NCBI GenBank assembly: GCA_950097015.1
Contig: CATNEN010000006.1
Span: 310,001-374,000 of the forward strand
Length of the DNA stretch: 64,000 bases
Source of the DNA: Macrostomum hystrix
Taxonomy: Eukaryota > Animalia > Platyhelminthes
Direction of reading: 5' to 3'
Under the pieces are notes generated by a model that worked only from the letters and a program-made list of their open reading frames with translations, searched no databases and was not told the origin of the DNA. Position 1 is the first letter of the stretch; every line of letters begins with the position of its first letter. The position numbers were made by a program, and so were the translations under genes. Positions 33,228 to 47,034 of the stretch are shown piece by piece.

Positions 33228-34380
33228 CCCGTGTCTCATCTGTCCCGTGTCTCATCTGTCCCGTGTCTTATCTCTCCCGTGTCTCATCTCTCCCGTGTCT
33301 TATCTCTCCCGCGTCTCATCTCCCCGTGTCTCATCTCTCCCGTGTCTCATCTCCCCGTGTCTCATCTGTCCCGTGTCTCATCTGTCCCGTGTCTCATCTC
33401 TCCCTGTCTCATCTGTCCCTTGTCTCATCTCTTCCGTGTCTCATCTCTCCCGCGTCTCATCTCCCCGTGTCTTATCTCTCGCGTGTCTCATCTGTCCCAT
33501 GTCTCATCTCCCCGTTTTTAATCTCTCCCCTGTCTCATCTCTCCCGTGTCTCATCTCTCCCGTGTCTCATCTCTCCCGTGTCTCATCTCTCCCGTGTCTC
33601 ATCCCTCCCGCGTCTCATCTACCCGTGTCTCATCTCTCCCGTGTCTCATCTCCCCGTGTCTCATCTGTCCCGTGTCTCATCTGTCCCGTGTCTCATCTCT
33701 CCCGTGTCTCATCTGTCCCGTGTTTCATCTCTCCCGTGTCTCATCTCTCCCGTGTCTCATCTGTCCCGTGTTTCATCTCTCCCGTGTCTCATCTCTCCCG
33801 TGTCTCATCTGTCCCGTGTCTCATCTGTCCCGTGTCTCATCTCTCCCTGTCTCATCTGTCCCTTGTCTCATCTCTTCCGTGTCTCATCTCTCCCGCGTCT
33901 CATCTCTCCCCGTGTCTTATCTCTCGCGTGTCTCATCTGTCCCCTGTCTCATCTCTCCCGTTTCTCATCTCTCCCGTGTCTTATCTCTCCCGTGTCTCAT
34001 CTCTCCCGTGTCTCATCTCTCCCGCGTCTCATCTACCCGTGTCTCATCTCTCCCGTGTCTCATCTCCCCGTGTCTCATCTGTCCCGTGTCTCATCTTTCC
34101 CGTGTCTCATCTCTCCCGTGTCTCATCTGTCCCGTGTCTCATCTCTCCCGTGTCTCATCTGTCCCGTGTTTCATCTCTCCCGTGTCTCATCTGTCCCGTG
34201 TTTCATCTCTCCCGTGTCTCATCTCTCCCGTGTCTCATCTGTCCTGTGTCTCATCTCTCCCGTGTCTCATCTCTCCCGTGTCTCATCTCTCCCGTGTCTC
34301 ATCTCTCCTGTGTCTCATCTCTCCCGTGTCTCATCTCTCCCGTGTCTCATCTCTCCCGTGTCTCATCTCTACCGTGTCTC
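33228..34380. repeat. ~16-bp pyrimidine-rich minisatellite
   Basis: unit ctcatct(c/g)tcccgtgt. Confidence 0.96.
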
Positions 34381-35047
34381 ATTTTTTATCTCTCAGTTGT
34401 CTCATCCCTATTGCATCTTATATATTTCTTGTTGGATTTCTGTCGTTAATTTTACTGATTGATTACCTTGATTGCCAAACAGCTTCTTGGGTTTGAAGCA
34501 ATATAAAACTATGGAAGCAATGTGCAGGGTAGGAAAGTATCCCCAGCAGACCCACCCACAGCCACATCCCATCTTGCATTCCTAACTTCCCTACTGCATT
34601 ACCACGCACTGCTGCTGCTGCTGCTGCTGCTTGGTGACTCATGCAACAGTCAGGTGGGCTGCCTCTGACATGACAGCAATGAAAAATATTGTGTGCTAAA
34701 ACTGAAAAGCAAAAAATATGTTTTCTATTTGACAATAAATACTGCAACTGTTTAGTTACTCCGAAATTGCAAAAATTCTTTTGTTGAAAACTGAAGCGTC
34801 AATTCTCTTTATTGCATTCGAGGCAAGTGGGCGAGAAAAACAATAATCAAACAATAAAATTTCATTTTGTCATTGCAACACCTGAAGCTGTCATTCAGAA
34901 TCCAGGCCTTTCAATCTCACAAGGGGTGTTCAACCTCATCTGGAGCATGTCACTCAGGCTGTCCCAGCGAAATCTCACGCTGTTCACTGTGTGCCTATTT
35001 GGGCAAGTCTGTCATTTTTCACTAGAGACTATTGAAGAAATTTGCTC

Positions 35048-36500
35048 GGTAGCTGTGTCTCGGTAGCTGTGTCTCGGTAGCTGTGTCTCTGTAGCTGTGT
35101 CTCTGTAGCTGTGTCTCTGTAGCTGTGTCTCTGCAGCTGTGTCTCTGTAGCTGTGTCTCTGTAGCTGTGTCTCTGTAGCTGTGTCTCTGTAGCTGTGTCT
35201 CTGTAGCTGTGTCTCTGTAGCTGTGTCTCTGTAGCTGTGTCTCTGCAGCTGTGTCTCTGTAGCTGTGTCTCTGTAGCTGTGTCTCTGCAGCTGTGTCTCT
35301 GTAGCTGTGTCTCTGCAGCTGTGTCTCTGCAGCTGTGTCTCTGTAGCTGTGTCTCTGTAGCTGTGTCTCTGTAGCTGTGTCTCTGTAGCTGTGTCTCTGC
35401 AGCTGTGTCTCTGTAGCTGTGTCTCTGTAGCTGTGTCTCTGTAGCTGTGTCTCTGTAGCTGTGTCTCTGTCTCTCGGTAGCTGTGTCTCTGTAGCTGTGT
35501 CTCTGCAGCTGTGTCTCTGTAGCTGTGTCTCTGTAGCTGTGTCTCTGCAGCTGTGTCTCTGTAGCTGTGTCTCTGTCTCTCGGTAGCTGTGTCTCCGTAG
35601 CTGTGTCTCTGCAGCTGTGTCTCTGTAGCTGTGTCTCTGTAGCTGTGTCTCTGCAGCTGTGTCTCTGCAGCTGTGTCTCTGTAGCTGTGTCTCTGTCTCT
35701 CGGTAGCTGTGTCTCTGTAGCTGTGTCTCTGTAGCTGTGTCTCTGTAGCTGTGTCTCTGTAGCTGTGTCTCTGTAGCTGTGTCTCTGTAGCTGTGTCTCT
35801 GTCTCTCTGTAGCTGTGTCTCTGTCTCTCTGCAGCTGTGTCTCTGTAACTGTGTCTCTGTCTCTGTGTCTCTGTAACTGTGTCTCTGCAGCTGTCTCTGT
35901 AGCTGTGTCTCTGTAGCTGTGTCTCTGTAGCTGTGTCTCTGTAGCTGTGTCTCTGTAGCTGTGTCTCTGTAGCTGTGTCTCTGTAGCTGTGTCTCTGTAG
36001 CTGTGTCTCTGTAGCTGTGTCTCTGTAGCTGTGTCTCTGTAGCTGTGTCTCTGCAGCTGTCTCTGTAGCTGTGTCTCTGTAGCTGTGTCTCTGTAGCTGT
36101 GTCTCTGTAGCTGTGTCTCTGTAGCTGTGTCTCTGTAGCTGTGTCTCTGTAGCTGTGTCTCTGTAGCTGTGTCTCTGTAGCTGTGTCTCTGTAGCTGTGT
36201 CTCTGTAGCTGTGTCTCTGTAGCTGTGTCTCTGTAGCTGTGTCTCTGTAGCTGTGTCTCTGTAGCTGTGTCTCTGTAGCTGTGTCTCTGTAGCTGTGTCT
36301 CTGTAGCTGTGTCTCTGTAGCTGTGTCTCTGTAGCTGTGTCTCTGTAGCTGTGTCTCTGTAGCTGTGTCTCTGTAGCTGTGTCTCTGCAGCTGTCTCTGT
36401 AGCTGTGTCTCTGTAGCTGTGTCTCTGTAGCTGTGTCTCTGTAGCTGTGTCTCTGTAGCTGTGTCTCTGTAGCTGTGTCTCTATAGCTGTCTCTGCAGCT
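35048..36500. repeat. 14-bp minisatellite
   Basis: unit g(t/c)agctgtgtctct. Confidence 0.97.
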
Positions 36501-37114
36501 GTAATACGTGTATAGAGCGCCGTACAGTTTTAAATGACAAGAAGAACACATACAGAAACAGACAGAGACAGCGAAAGAGTGACAGGTCTAAAACTAAAGC
36601 GAAGCTTAGTACGAACAGAGCTGACACACATAGAGACAGACAGTGGGAGCGAAACCCACCGCACAGTTGTTGAACTAAGTCTGAAAAGCTGGCATACACT
36701 AGCAGAATAATAAAATGTGAATTCAAGTATTTCCAATGCCCTCACCTACGACTGTTCCCGCGAGCAAGCGTGCCACAATGTGTCTCCCCCCAAGGGGTTA
36801 ATGCTAGGCTAAGCCCCATTCTTGCGGAGTTTACCGTCTGTGCAAATTTTTATGAATTGGGCTTGAATCACAATTATATTGTTACATCTAGCTCGACAGG
36901 GCGTTCAATTTGCGCATCGCATCGCACTGCAACAGCCCCAATTCCCTGTCTATTTATCGCTTGGCAATTCTATTCGGGTCTCTGCCGCTCTCATATTCTA
37001 TTTTCACTCTGGTTACACTGTGCCTTCAGATTTGGCATCCTATTTACTAACAAAAGCTTGCCCGGATACATATGGTGAGACTTACTGTTCTATTTTTTGG
37101 TGGGCTTATGGGTA

Positions 37115-37290
37115 GGGTAGTTAAGCAGGTCAGGAAGAGTAGGGTAGTTAAGCAGGTCAGGAAGAGTAGGGTAGTTGAGCAGGTCAGGAAGAGTAGGGTA
37201 GTTAAACAGTTCAGGAAGAGTAGGGTAGTTGCGTAGGTGCGGAACAGTAGGGTAGTTGAACAGGTGTGAATGAGAAGGTTAGTTGAGCAG
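37115..37290. repeat. 27-bp degenerate minisatellite
   Basis: unit ggtagttaagcaggtcaggaagagtag. Confidence 0.88.
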
Positions 37291-37788
37291 GTGTGGAAAA
37301 GTGCAGTCCTTAACGCAAGTGCTTCATAGCAATACTGGATGAGCAGTCGCATGAGAGTCGCTTTCGAGCAGTAAAACAGATGAGCAACAAAGGCCCGGCC
37401 CCTAATACTGCTCGAAATTCCGACTTAGTCAAATCTCGAGGCCCATCCGGTGCCTCATTCATGAGCCGCATTCTTTTCCCGCGTCAACTCCCCAGCTCCC
37501 CATTATTACCGCTGATTGATGAGGCTCGCAATCGCACTGGATGGCATTCTCCTCCAGGGGCAATGGCGTCTTGACGGCAATGAGGATTTTTTGGGGATAA
37601 TGACGGGTTCGCTCCCCTCCCCCGGCTTCCCACCGGCTGGGGTCAAGAGTGGAGGTCGGGTTGGCCGCTCGGTGCGGTTGCTAGGACTCCTTGGGGATTT
37701 CGATCCCGTCTGTGCTCTTGAGTCCGCATCTCAGCTCTCTGTGGACCTCGAGTTCTTTGATGTCTTGTTTGCTCATTATTTTCCTCTG

Positions 37789-37848
<60 letters not shown>

Positions 37849-37849
37849 G

Positions 37850-37922
<73 letters not shown>
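37789..37922. repeat. (TATC)n / (GATA)n microsatellite
   Basis: near-perfect tetranucleotide run. Confidence 0.98.
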
Positions 37923-38695
37923 GTTTGTGTGTCAAAGAATAAGTCAATTTAATTTTATTCAAGTCACGGCTAACCGTAGCACAGGAACAATTCTCACAAA
38001 AGGGGAGCTATGGTTTTAATGGGCAAAACTGTTCCCCTGGGATAATAGGACAAAACGAGACGTGGTCTGAGCACACTGGCTACCTGAAAGTCTGGACTAG
38101 GCCAATATTCCTAGCTTTCTCTGCGTGGCTTTTAAAATGCTAATGAGTCCGCGTGCCCACCCACCCCCATTAAGCAGGGTGTCAAAAATGCAGTGCCTGG
38201 GTGGCTGGGTAGAACTGCGGAGTGAGACGGGGCAGTGTCTGAGACCATTAACTGTCTGAGCAGTTTGAGCTACAGTTTTAGGGTGTATTGCCACCTCTGC
38301 TGCTGCTGCTGCTGCTGGCGAGAGGCTGCGGTGTTCCAGCATCCAGACACTGGGATAGGACGGATAGATAGAAGCGAGACAGCGCGATGAAGCTTATAGA
38401 GAGTCAGTTTGGCCCACTCGCGTGACGGAGCCTGTTGCTGCCTGTGAGCAAACACTTCTGCTTCTGCTCAGAGAGAGAGAAAATAAAGATGCGGACGGGC
38501 GGCCGCAGCTGAGCCAGCTTATTTTATTCGCCCCGCTAAAATGCTCGCTTGCCGACTTCCGAGAGGGACAGGGAGAGATTGAGATGCGAGATGGGAACAG
38601 ACCTTCCTCAAGCTTTTATTACCTTTCTCCTGCTGGCTTCTTCGACAATTCGCTCGTTTCTTATTCTTTTATCGAACATCTTCCTGCTTTGCTGA

Positions 38696-38960
38696 ACAGT
38701 GAATCATTCGGTGTGTCACAGTGAATCATTTGGTGTGTGAGAGTGAATCATTTGATGTGTGAGAGTGAATCATTTGATGTGTGAGAGTGAATCATTTGAT
38801 GTGTGAGAGTGAATCATTTGGTGTGTGAGAGTGAATCATTTGATGTGTGAGAGTGAATCATTTGATGTGTGAGAGTGAATCATTTGATGTGTGAGAGTGA
38901 ATCATTTGATGTGTGAGAGTGAATCATTTGGTGAGCGATAGTGAATCATTTAGTTTGAGA
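38696..38960. repeat. 22-bp minisatellite
   Basis: unit gtgaatcatttgatgtgtgaga. Confidence 0.94.
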
Positions 38961-39611
38961 GTGAACGTTTAGTTGCAAGAGTGAGTCATTGAGTGAATCC
39001 CTGAATTTACGGACTGAGAAGGTTCTATTCAGGACACAGAGGATAGAGTCTATAAGAAGGGGTGGGTGCCAAATAGGCCGAAGATGCTAAGTCTTCCAGC
39101 AATTCAGCTTGTGCAAGTGTTTGCGGTTCGTGACAGAGGGACTCAAACAATTCCTTGGATTTCTGAGAGGGCGAGACAGATCTAAATCTTACTAAAATCT
39201 GAATTATGAAATTCTGGAGTTGTATTGCCAGTGGGTAACAACCGTCGCTAAAATGGGAACAAAATTAATAAGTAGCACTAAGGGAAGTCGCACAGGCGAG
39301 CTTGACTGACATCCGTGTTCTAAGCATCCAGATTTTCTGGCCACCAGGACGGCATTCTCCCCGATTCTCTTCCTTGGAACACACCTCAATTCTTCTGCTA
39401 TTTTCTGCTGCCAATGGCAACACATCCAAGCACTCATCTGCCTGGATTCGCCCATCCCAACAACTCTAGTCTGATCTGCTTTTCTTCTGCATTTCCTTCT
39501 TCGGCATTCAACTCGGGGGAAAGCAACTAATGCTTCTTTGGTGATGGAACAGCTGTTAATTGCCTTTCCTGCTCCTGTATTTGCAATAATTGCTGCCACA
39601 TCACTCTTTCC

Positions 39612-42500
39612 CATTGTATCACTCTCTCTCACAAACTGTCTCACTCACTCTCTCTGCCATAGTATCACTCTCTCTCTGCCATAGTATCACTCTCTCTCTG
39701 CCATAGTATCACTCTCTCTCACAAACTGTCTCACTCACTCTCTCTGCCATAGTATCACTCTCTCTCTGCCATAGTATCACTCTCTCTCTGCCATAGTATC
39801 ACTCTCTCTCACAAACTGTCTCACTCACTCTCTCTGCCATAGTATCACTCTCTCTCACAAACTGTCTCACTCACTCTCTCTGCCATAGTATCACTCTCTC
39901 TCTGCCATAGTATCACTCTCTCTCTGCCATAGTATCACTCTCTCTCTGCCATAGTATCACTCTCTCTCTGCCATAGTATCACTCTCTCTCTGCCATAGTA
40001 TCACTCTCTCTCCGCCATAGTATCACTCTCTCTCTGCCATAGTATCACTCTCTCTCTCTGCCATAGTATCACTCTCTCTCTCTGCCATAGTATCACTCTC
40101 TCTCCGCCATAGTATCACTCTCTCTCTCTGCCATAGTATCACTCTCTCTCTGCCATAGTATCACTCTCTCTCTGCCATAGTATCACTCTCTCTCTCTGCC
40201 ATAGTATCACTCTCTCTCCGCCATAGTATCACTCTCTCTCCGCCATAGTATCACTCTCTCTCTCTGCCATAGTATCACTCTCTCTCCGCCATAGTATCAC
40301 TCTCTCTCCGCCATAGTATCACTCTCTCTCTGCCATAGTATCACTCTCTCTCTCTGCCATAGTATCACTCTCTCTCTGCCATAGTATCACTCTCTCTCTG
40401 CCATAGTATCACTCTCTCTCTCTGCCATAGTATCACTCTCTCTCTCTGCCATAGTATCACTCTCTCTGCCATAGTATCACTCTCTCTCTCTGCCATAGTA
40501 TCACTCTCTCTCTCTGCCATAGTATCACTCTCTCTCCGCCATAGTATCACTCTCTCTCTCTGCCATAGTATCACTCTCTCTCTGCCATAGTATCACTCTC
40601 TCTCTGCCATAGTATCACTCTCTCTCTCTGCCATAGTATCACTCTCTCTCTCTGCCATAGTATCACTCTCTCTCTGCCATAGTATCACTCTCTCTCCGCC
40701 ATAGTATCACTCTCTCTCTGCCATAGTATCACTCTCTCTCTGCCATAGTATCACTCTCTCTCTGCCATAGTATCACTCTCTCTCTGCCATAGTATCACTC
40801 TCTCTCTGCCATAGTATCACTCTCTCTCTGCCATAGTATCACTCTCTCTCTGCCATAGTATCACTCTCTCTCCGCCATAGTATCACTCTCTCTCTGCCAT
40901 AGTATCACTCTCTCTCTCTGCCATAGTATCACTCTCTCTCTCTGCCATAGTATCACTCTCTCTCCGCCATAGTATCACTCTCTCTCTCTGCCATAGTATC
41001 ACTCTCTCTCTGCCATAGTATCACTCTCTCTCTGCCATAGTATCACTCTCTCTCTCTGCCATAGTATCACTCTCTCTCCGCCATAGTATCACTCTCTCTC
41101 CGCCATAGTATCACTCTCTCTCTCTGCCATAGTATCACTCTCTCTCCGCCATAGTATCACTCTCTCTCCGCCATAGTATCACTCTCTCTCTGCCATAGTA
41201 TCACTCTCTCTCTCTGCCATAGTATCACTCTCTCTCTGCCATAGTATCACTCTCTCTCTGCCATAGTATCACTCTCTCTCTCTGCCATAGTATCACTCTC
41301 TCTCTCTGCCATAGTATCACTCTCTCTGCCATAGTATCACTCTCTCTCTCTGCCATAGTATCACTCTCTCTCTCTGCCATAGTATCACTCTCTCTCCGCC
41401 ATAGTATCACTCTCTCTCTCTGCCATAGTATCACTCTCTCTCTGCCATAGTATCACTCTCTCTCTGCCATAGTATCACTCTCTCTCTCTGCCATAGTATC
41501 ACTCTCTCTCTCTGCCATAGTATCACTCTCTCTCTGCCATAGTATCACTCTCTCTCCGCCATAGTATCACTCTCTCTCTGCCATAGTATCACTCTCTGTC
41601 TGCCATAGTATCACTCTCTCTCTCTGCCATAGTATCACTCTCTCTCCGCCATAGTATCACTCTCTCTCTCTGCCATAGTATCACTCTCTCTCTGCCATAG
41701 TATCACTCTCTCTCCGCCATAGTATCACTCTCTCTCTGCCATAGTATCACTCTCTCTCCGCCATAGTATCACTCTCTCTCTGCCATAGTATCACTCTCTC
41801 TCTGCCATAGAATCACTCTCTCTCTCTGCCATAGTATCACTCTCTCTCTGCCATAGTATCACTCTCTCTCTGCCATAGTATCACTCTCTCTCTGCCATAG
41901 TATCACTCTCTCTCTGCCATAGTATCACTCTCTCTCTCTGCCATAGTATCACTCTCTCTCTCTGCCATAGTATCACTCTCTCTCTGCCATAGTATCACTC
42001 TCTCTCTCTGCCATAGTATCACTCTCTCTCCGCCATAGTATCACTCTCTCTCTGCCATAGTATCACTCTCTCTCTGCCATAGAATCACTCTCTCTCTCTG
42101 CCATAGTATCACTCTCTCTCTCTGCCATAGTATCACTCTCTCTCTGCCATAGTATCACTCTCTCTCTCTGCCATAGTATCACTCTCTCTCCGCCATAGTA
42201 TCACTCTCTCTCCGCCATAGTATCACTCTCTCTCTCTGCCATAGTATCACTCTCTCTCTGCCATAGTATCACTCTCTCTGCCATAGTATCACTCTCTCTC
42301 TGCCATAGTATCACTCTCTCTCTGCCATCGTATCACTCTCTCTCTCTGCCATAGTATCACTCTCTCTCTGCCATAGTATCACTCTCTCTGCCATAGTATC
42401 ACTCTCTCTCTACAATAGTATCACTCTCTGTCTCTACAATAGTATCACTCTCTGTCTCTACAATAGTATCACTCTCTGTCTCTACAATAGTATCACTCAC
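39612..42500. repeat. 20-26-bp minisatellite with an embedded variable (CT)n tract
   Basis: unit gccatagtatca(ct)n; contains an 860-bp internal duplication. Confidence 0.97.
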
Positions 42501-43919
42501 TCTCCCGCTGTCTCTCCCACTTTCACTGTCTCACTCTCTCCTCTATCAGCTCACTGTTCTTCTCGCTCAGTTGTCTCACATCCTGTGCTCTATCACACCT
42601 CGCCTAGGCAGGCTTTCCCTATTCATATTTGTCTCGCCTCTTCAGGCGCCCCAGTCCGCCCTCCCCCATTGCTAATTCACTTGGTCGCCTCCGAGGCCGT
42701 CGGGGGGTGGGGGAGGTCGCGGGCAGCCGGGCATTTTTCAAAACGGCGCCCACTTTAACTGCGGCCAAGGCCTGCACAGTTTGGCAGCAAGATTAACGGG
42801 CCCATTTTTCCTAGCCGCTAATCCAGTGTCTGTATTCCTCCTCTCTCTCCATTTCTCCTCTTCCTCTACCCGTGATGTTGCCAAGAGCAACCGGCGGGCA
42901 ATGCCGAGTAGCTGCCCCCGGATCTCCTCCGGAGACGAAACTCTTGTCCCAGTTGGCTAGCCAGGGGACACGGAGACGGGATCTGGGGGATTCCAACCCA
43001 CCTCCCTACGTCCTCCCCCAATCCACAGCCCCCCTCCGCCCCCAGTGCGGGCAGCTCAGGCTGCATAAAATGCGGCTAGCTCCGCTCTGCCTCTGCCCTG
43101 CCCCTACTCTTCTGCGCTGGGATTTTCTCCCCAAATCTTTCGTTTTTTTTCATTTGAACAAAAAAGAGTCCCAACGAAATCAACGCTGCCTGTGATTTCG
43201 GCCAAAGAATTTCGGTAAGTTCCTTGAATCCTATTTTTAAAAAGCTACTATTATCCCATCCAGCTCAAACTATAACCTGACTAAAAGCCGCCTGAACTTT
43301 TGACTCAAACCGCAGAACAAACTGAGAATGCTAATTTGGCTTCGGTGAGCAAAATTTCAGGTTGCAAGCAGTCAGACCAGTCGCTTGAATAATTCCCCGA
43401 CCAAAGTTCTATTTTTTGCCCGTTGAAAGCAGAATATTTCATTGCGCAGTTTAACAGTTTTGTTGTTGAATTTGGCTTCGCATTGCGCGGATTCTAAACA
43501 GCAAAGCCCGCAAATAGCATGTGTCACTAAGTAAAATATACCAACTGAAACTGCACTTGTTGCAAAACTTATCTATTAACCTTTGGCCTTGTTTATTCGC
43601 CTTGCCAATTGTTATAGATTATTTCAGCTTTATAATCACTCTAGTGCAATTTGGTTTGACTATTTCAATTGCAACTGATAATGATTGTTTTCAGATTGCA
43701 GTGAATTTCTAACTGTTCCTCAGTCACTCTCGCTTCACCCACCGGTTCTCTACGGGGCCTCCAAAACTCATCTCTCTACAGCTTCCTTCTTCCCTCCATG
43801 TAACTCTGCTTCCTCACACTTGCTCTCTCCATCCCTTCACTTTCTTCTCCTCAAATCTTTCTCACCACTCTTCTTATCTCCTCTTCTTCTCCTTCGTCAA
43901 CTCCCCTCTGTCACTCGAT

Positions 43920-44680
43920 TCTCCACCCTCTTCCTCTCCCCTCTTCCTCTCCCCTCTTCCTCTCCCCTCTTCCTCTCCCCTCTTCTTCTCCCCTCTTCCT
44001 CTCCCCCTTCTTCTCCACTCTTCCTCTCCCTCTTCTTCTCCCCTCTTCCTCTCCCCTCTTCTTCTCTCCACTCTTCCTCTCCCTCTTCTTCTCCGCTCTT
44101 CCTCTCCCCTCTTCTTCTCTCCGCTCTTCCTCTCTTGTCTTCCTCTCCCCTCTTCCTCTCTTGTCTTCCTCTCCCCTCTTCCCCTCTCCTCTCTTCTTCT
44201 CCCTCTTCCTCTCCCCTCTTCCTCTCCCCTCTTCCTCTCCTTCTTCTTCTCCCCTCTTCCTCCCCCTCTTCCTCCCCCTCTTCCTCTCCCCTCTTCCCCT
44301 CTCCTCTCTTCCTCTCCCCTCTTCCTCTCCCTCTTCCTCTCCCTCTTCCTCTCCCCTCTCCCTCTCCCCTCTTCCTCTCCCCTATTCCCCTCTCCTCTCT
44401 TCTTCTCCACTCTTCTCCTCTCTTCCTCTCCTCTCTTCTTCTCCACTCTTCTCCACTCTTCCTCTCCCCTCTTCCTCTCCCTCTTCTTCTCCCCTCTTCC
44501 TCCCCCCTCTTCCTCCCCCCTCTTCCTCCCCCCTCTTCCTCTCCCCTCTTCCTCTCCCCTCTTCCCCTCTCCTCTCTTCTTCTCCACTCTTCTCCACTCC
44601 TTCTCTCCCCTCTTCCTCTCCCCTCTTCCTCCCCCTCTTCCTCTCCCCTCTTCCTCTCCCCTCATCCTCCCCCCTCTTCC
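43920..44680. repeat. CT-rich low-complexity repeat
   Basis: ctcttcctctccc variants. Confidence 0.93.
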
Positions 44681-45394
44681 GTTGCCAACTCGTCAGTTTC
44701 CTGACTGAGTCTGCATCTTCTAAAATTCAGAGCCGTTCGAGTCGAGCCATTTTGCTAAAAGGAAAGAGAAAAGGGTCCGCACAAGGTTTGCTGGAAACGG
44801 TCTCTCCACATTTATTTGTTCCAGCGCGGTTGCTGCTTCTCATTTCTTTATGCAGCAGCAGCAGCAGCACACGACACTGCCGCCCATGCCACCAACACAG
44901 TCAGCTCCCCATGAAGTAACTTTTCTCTCCATCTCCCACTTTCTCCTAAATGCCTAGCCCAACCTCACCCGCTGTGTAACCAACCCTCTCAGGCGCAAAA
45001 TTTCTCTTTATTGACTTTCCGGCGCTAACCCGAAGCCACCAATTTTCCCCATTTTCCTTCTTCCATCTCTCCCCACCCCAACCTTATCCACTCTTGGCAT
45101 TGTGCCACACGGAACAATGACAGCAAGATGGTCTATAGATCTAGCATATGTTATCTAAAATATCAGCCCAGTCAGCTAAAATGACTCATATCTCTGCTAT
45201 CTCTCTCGACAAACAAAAAATGTAAAAATTGCTACTGATTTAAAAAAACTAGACAAGAACTTTCCTAAGGTGCCTACTATAAGTACTGTGCAATTCTTTC
45301 GTACGTAAAAACGCACAATGCTACGCCATTCTTAACAATCCATGACTCACAATAAATTCAGAATCGAGCGTTTTACAACCCGTCTGTTTACATT

Positions 45395-46115
45395 GTCTGT
45401 CTCTGAATGTCTGTCTCTGACTGTCTGTCTCTGACTGTCTGTCTCTGACTGTCTGTCTCTGACTGTCTGTCTCTGACTGTCTATCTCTGACTGTCTGTCT
45501 CTGACAGTCTGTCTCTGAATGTCTGTCTCTGAATGTCTGTCTCTGACTGTCTGTCTCTGACAGTCTGTCTCTGACTGTCTGTCTCTGAATGTCTGTCTCT
45601 GACTGTCTGTCTCTGACTGTCTGTCTCTGACTGTCTGTCTCTGACTGTCTGTCTCTGACTGTCTATCTCTGACTGTCTGTCTCTGACAGTCTGTCTCTGA
45701 ATGTCTGTCTCTGAATGTCTGTCTCTGACTGTCTGTCTCTGACAGTCTGTCTCTGACTGTCTGTCTCTGAATGTCTGTCTCTGACTGTCTGTCTCTGACT
45801 GTCTGTCTCTGACTGTCTGTCTCTGACTGTCTGTCTCTGACTGTCTGTCTCTGAATGTCTGTCTCTGACTGTCTGTCTCTGACTGTCTGTCTCTGACAGT
45901 CTGTCTCTGAATGTCTGTCTCTGACTGTCTGTCTCTGAATGTCTGTCTCTGACTGTCTGTCTCTGAATGTCTGTCTCTGACTGTCTGTCTCTGACTGTCT
46001 GTCTCTGAATGTCTGTCTCTGACTGTCTGTCTCTGACTGTCTGTCTCTGACTGTCTGTCTCGGTCTGCCTGTCTCTGACTGCCTGTCTCTGACTGTCTGT
46101 CTCTGACTGTCTGTC
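45395..46115. repeat. 14-bp minisatellite
   Basis: unit ctga(c/a)tgtctgtct. Confidence 0.97.
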
Positions 46116-46576
46116 TCAAACAAGCTAATTATATAAAAGCCATACACAGAACCCACCCATTAGCAATCCGCCCACACTACAAAGCTAGAACTACTGCTGA
46201 GGCACCCAGTCTCGCGAGTCTCTATAATTCATTGTTAGTGGGAGCCAGTCACATGTGTAAACCAGAATATACGTAAATTGCAAATAGTTTTTTTCACTCT
46301 AGTGAAGTAAATGGAGTAGTATTTCATTTCATTAATTGAAGCACACGCGCACGAGGCACACGTTTGGGTGTAGGCACGTGCAAGTATTTCAGCAGCCTCT
46401 TTAATGCAGACCCCTGCTCATTAAAAACGTGTTGCCGTGGTCACAGAATCGCCAGCCCCCTACCCAGCTGCATGCGATATAAGACAACCCGGCGACACGA
46501 ATATTTCTGCCCCTGTATTAGCGCGTCCGATTTGGAAGCCATTTTGTGCAAGTAAAATTAGGCGAGGCAAAGAGCC

Positions 46577-46810
46577 ATGAAGCTGCAACTATTTATTGCT
46601 TTACTCATTGCTCTGGTCATATTCTCTATGGCCAATCCGGCCGACCAAAGCTTCAACGACGAAGCCAATGAGGTTGACGATGATGACTCTTTGCTGGATA
46701 AAATCGCCGGCGACAGCCTCCAGGAGCCGTTGGAGACGGCCGACACAGACCAGGGGCCGCAGGTCAAGGACACGACAGCTAGACGGCGATCATACAGCAG
46801 CAAGAAATGA
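46577..46810 (+). CDS. Putative small secreted prepro-peptide (77 aa), orphan
   Basis: gagccATG start; signal-peptide-like MKLQLFIALLIALVIFSMA; acidic middle (NDEANEVDDDD); basic end RRRSYSSKK*; TATA-like tataaga about 100 nt upstream; ATTAAA at 46923; unique sequence between two arrays. Confidence 0.6.
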   Translation: MKLQLFIALLIALVIFSMANPADQSFNDEANEVDDDDSLLDKIAGDSLQEPLETADTDQGPQVKDTTARRRSYSSKK

Positions 46811-47034
46811 CAATGACCCTATGACCCTTGCTTGCCTTACACTTAATAGCCAAAGTGACAATTTGCCATGCTGTGTAAAATATTAACACGATAAACCCAT
46901 CTGTTTCAAATCATAACAAACTATTAAAATATACTGACTGCGTCATAATCGTATGAAACCTACGCAAAAGTATTGCGTAAAATTACTGCGTAATGCTTGT
47001 TGACTTGCCACTTTATATCGGTAGCTAATGGGCT

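Noticed and set aside
39204-39644. 146-aa minus-strand ORF (also 26557-26985 and 63686-63982)
   Set aside because: There is no domain, signal or splice context; the first begins in a repeat and the last is held open by a (CAG)n run.
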